A stretch of 64,000 nt of DNA. It comes from Candidatus Binatia bacterium (GTDB lineage Bacteria; Desulfobacterota; Binatia; Bin18). The stretch spans positions 64,001 through 128,000 of the forward strand of contig OY761159.2 of the NCBI GenBank assembly GCA_963664395.2, written 5' to 3'. Both the position numbers and the translations under genes were made by a program. Below the pieces are notes generated by a model. That model did no database searches, was not told the origin of the DNA, and saw only the letters and a list, made by a program, of their open reading frames with translations. The stretch's first letter is position 1; every line of letters starts with the position of its first letter. Of this stretch, positions 62,030-64,000 are shown piece after piece.

Positions 62030-63259
62030 CTACGAGCCAATGACCAGCGCCACGCTCGTCGTGCCCGAGCCACCAATATTCAAGGTCGCGATCTTTTTTG
62101 CGCCTTCAATTTGGTATTCTCCGGCCGTTTCCGTCACTTGGCGGAAGGCATCCAAGGCTTGCCGCGTACCTGTCGCGCCAACGGGATGGCCACAGCCGAT
62201 CAAACCACCGCTGGCGTTGATCGGCAGCTTACCGCCGAATTCAATCACGCCGTCTTCAATGGCTCGCCACGATTCGCCCGGGTCGGTTAAACCGAAATGA
62301 TCAATTGCCATATACTCTGACGTGGTAAAGCAATCGTGCGTCTCAATGCCCTGTACATTCCAGACATCGGACAAACCAGCCCGCTGGAAGGCATCGACAA
62401 TGGCCTGCCGCGTATGGGGCAACACGTAGGGATTGCCCTTGCTCTGGGCGATTTTGGTGTCAAATTTGATCGGCGCGGTGTGATGGCCCCACCCCAGAAT
62501 CTTGGGCAGACTCGCCAAGGCCCGGCCTGTACGTTCGGCGTATTTTTTCGCAAAGGATTCAGAGGCCAGGAAAATCGAAGCCGCGCCGTCTGTGATTTGC
62601 GAACAGTCGCGCACCCGCAGCCGACCGGCCACTGGATTCACATATTTCCCAGAGTCCAGGTTTTGCGACTCGTCCGAAAACCAGCCTCGGGTTTGCGCTC
62701 TGGGGTTGCGGCGGGCGTTTGAGTAATTGACCTCGGCAATCCGAGTGAGATGCTCTTCCTGAAGCCCATAGCGTTCTTCATAGACATCGCCGAGCCGGCC
62801 GAACAGCTTTGGAAACGCAAACTCGACCCCTTTGGCTTCCTGGTCGTACCAGGCCGCAGTTCCGAGAAAATCGCCGCCCGTTGCCGGATCGACGGTCTTC
62901 ATCTGTTCGACCCCAACGACCAGCGCCAGCTCATACCGTCCGGCTTCGATTTCAGCCGAAGCCATGAGCATGGAAATACTGCCTGACGCGCAGGCGGCTT
63001 CGTGTCGAGAGGTTGGAATACCTGAGAGTGCCGGATCGATTTCGGCCAGAAAGGCGCCGAGATGGCCTTGCTTGCAGTAGAGTTCAGCAGCGAAATTACC
63101 GACATGCGCGACATCGACTTCATGCGGGTCAATACCCGTTGATGTGAAGCCATCCGATACGGCTTCTTTGATCATATCGACAATGTCGTTCCCTTCTTTC
63201 ATCCAGTTGCGGGCGAAATCGGTCTGATGCCCACCAAGCACATATACGGGTGCCGCCAT
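62030..63259 (-). CDS. thiolase family protein (SCP2-type acetyl-CoA acyltransferase)
   Basis: EAACASG, DCSQITDG, IETHDCFT, N.SGGL...GHPVGATG. Confidence 0.93.
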   Translation of the reverse strand: MAAPVYVLGGHQTDFARNWMKEGNDIVDMIKEAVSDGFTSTGIDPHEVDVAHVGNFAAELYCKQGHLGAFLAEIDPALSGIPTSRHEAACASGSISMLMASAEIEAGRYELALVVGVEQMKTVDPATGGDFLGTAAWYDQEAKGVEFAFPKLFGRLGDVYEERYGLQEEHLTRIAEVNYSNARRNPRAQTRGWFSDESQNLDSGKYVNPVAGRLRVRDCSQITDGAASIFLASESFAKKYAERTGRALASLPKILGWGHHTAPIKFDTKIAQSKGNPYVLPHTRQAIVDAFQRAGLSDVWNVQGIETHDCFTTSEYMAIDHFGLTDPGESWRAIEDGVIEFGGKLPINASGGLIGCGHPVGATGTRQALDAFRQVTETAGEYQIEGAKKIATLNIGGSGTTSVALVIGS

Positions 63260-63379
63260 AATACTCCTCCTCATACGCTAGACGTTTGGTTTCCTTTTAG
63301 ATAAAGAGGGCGGTCGTTTGACGCAGTCGTCCTATCCTGCTCATAGGACAAGGTCAATCAGCACTCGCATGGCAGAGCA

Positions 63380-63817
63380 TCACACATCGCTCGCCGGTTG
63401 CCGCGCGTCCACCGCTTCGAATGGCGGCGAGGTCCCACCTACGGCTTCGAGCATTTCAACGACTTTGGCTTTGCTATTTTTCTTCGCAAAATAGAGTGCT
63501 GTCTGGCCGTAGTCATCCTCGGCGTTGACATCAGCGCCACGCGCAAGCAGCATTTCTACAATGTCAATGTGGCCGAGCCGCGCGGCCACGATGAGGGCCG
63601 TAGGGCCACCGAAGGGGCTGTGGGCATTGATGTCAACGCCTTGCTCCAGCATATCCATCATGGTCCTCATATCACCCAAACCGGCCGACCCAATAAAAAT
63701 GTCCCATTCTATCACTTCCGGCGGGACATCCGATGAGGACCCGGAACGGAGCCATTCCAGGGAAAAGACTATCACCACGATAAGCAATCCAACTGCAATA
63801 AGCATTTTCTTGTCCAT
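63380..63817 (-). CDS. membrane-anchored/secreted ankyrin-repeat protein
   Basis: N-terminal hydrophobic helix; G.TALI.AA..GH.DIV.MLL.RGADVNA, GQTALYFA. Confidence 0.88.
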   Translation of the reverse strand: MDKKMLIAVGLLIVVIVFSLEWLRSGSSSDVPPEVIEWDIFIGSAGLGDMRTMMDMLEQGVDINAHSPFGGPTALIVAARLGHIDIVEMLLARGADVNAEDDYGQTALYFAKKNSKAKVVEMLEAVGGTSPPFEAVDARQPASDV

Positions 63818-64000
63818 AGGGAAAGTCCTCCTTTCCTACAGCTGTATGGTATAATGTAGCGTCGAAAAAGAGGGGCTGTAAACCGTCCTGGCCGTTCTGC
63901 CGAGATATTGGGCGAGGCCGAATATCGTACTATGCGAGAGTGAGAGCAGCCTCTGGAGTCCGACCTAGTCGAGGCCAGTAGCGGCGCGCAACAGCACCTT

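Overview
A 64 kb bacterial chromosomal segment of moderately high GC. It is mostly housekeeping and metabolic genes: queA, nfeD/slipin, udg, coaBC, trmB, tkt, moeB, folP, queG, der, maf-yggS-proC-yggT, tRNA-Val(CAC), TPP riboswitch-thiC, an RNB nuclease and fatty-acid/oxidoreductase genes. The gene content plus eukaryote-like LRR, cadherin and ankyrin proteins suggests a deltaproteobacterial-type (possibly Binatia-like) host-associated symbiont; this is inference only. There are three accessory patches. (i) 1-1750: a low-GC defence-like gene followed by a decayed ParB-like/tyrosine-phosphatase gene pair. (ii) 23.4-29.6 kb: a secreted Cys-repeat protein, a REP/MITE-like element and an MmeI-like RM enzyme. 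(iii) 42.1-52.8 kb, the most interesting region: a modular island built from repeated units of [LuxR-type regulator]-[18-bp palindromic box abutting a weak -35/17 bp/-10 promoter]-[cargo]. The cargo includes secreted LRR, Ig and cadherin proteins that all carry a shared ~134-aa 'LENPGP...NWNLLG...WQQ' domain, with visible traces of duplication, deletion, conversion and frameshifting. All calls come from reading the sequence and motifs by eye; no database search was run.
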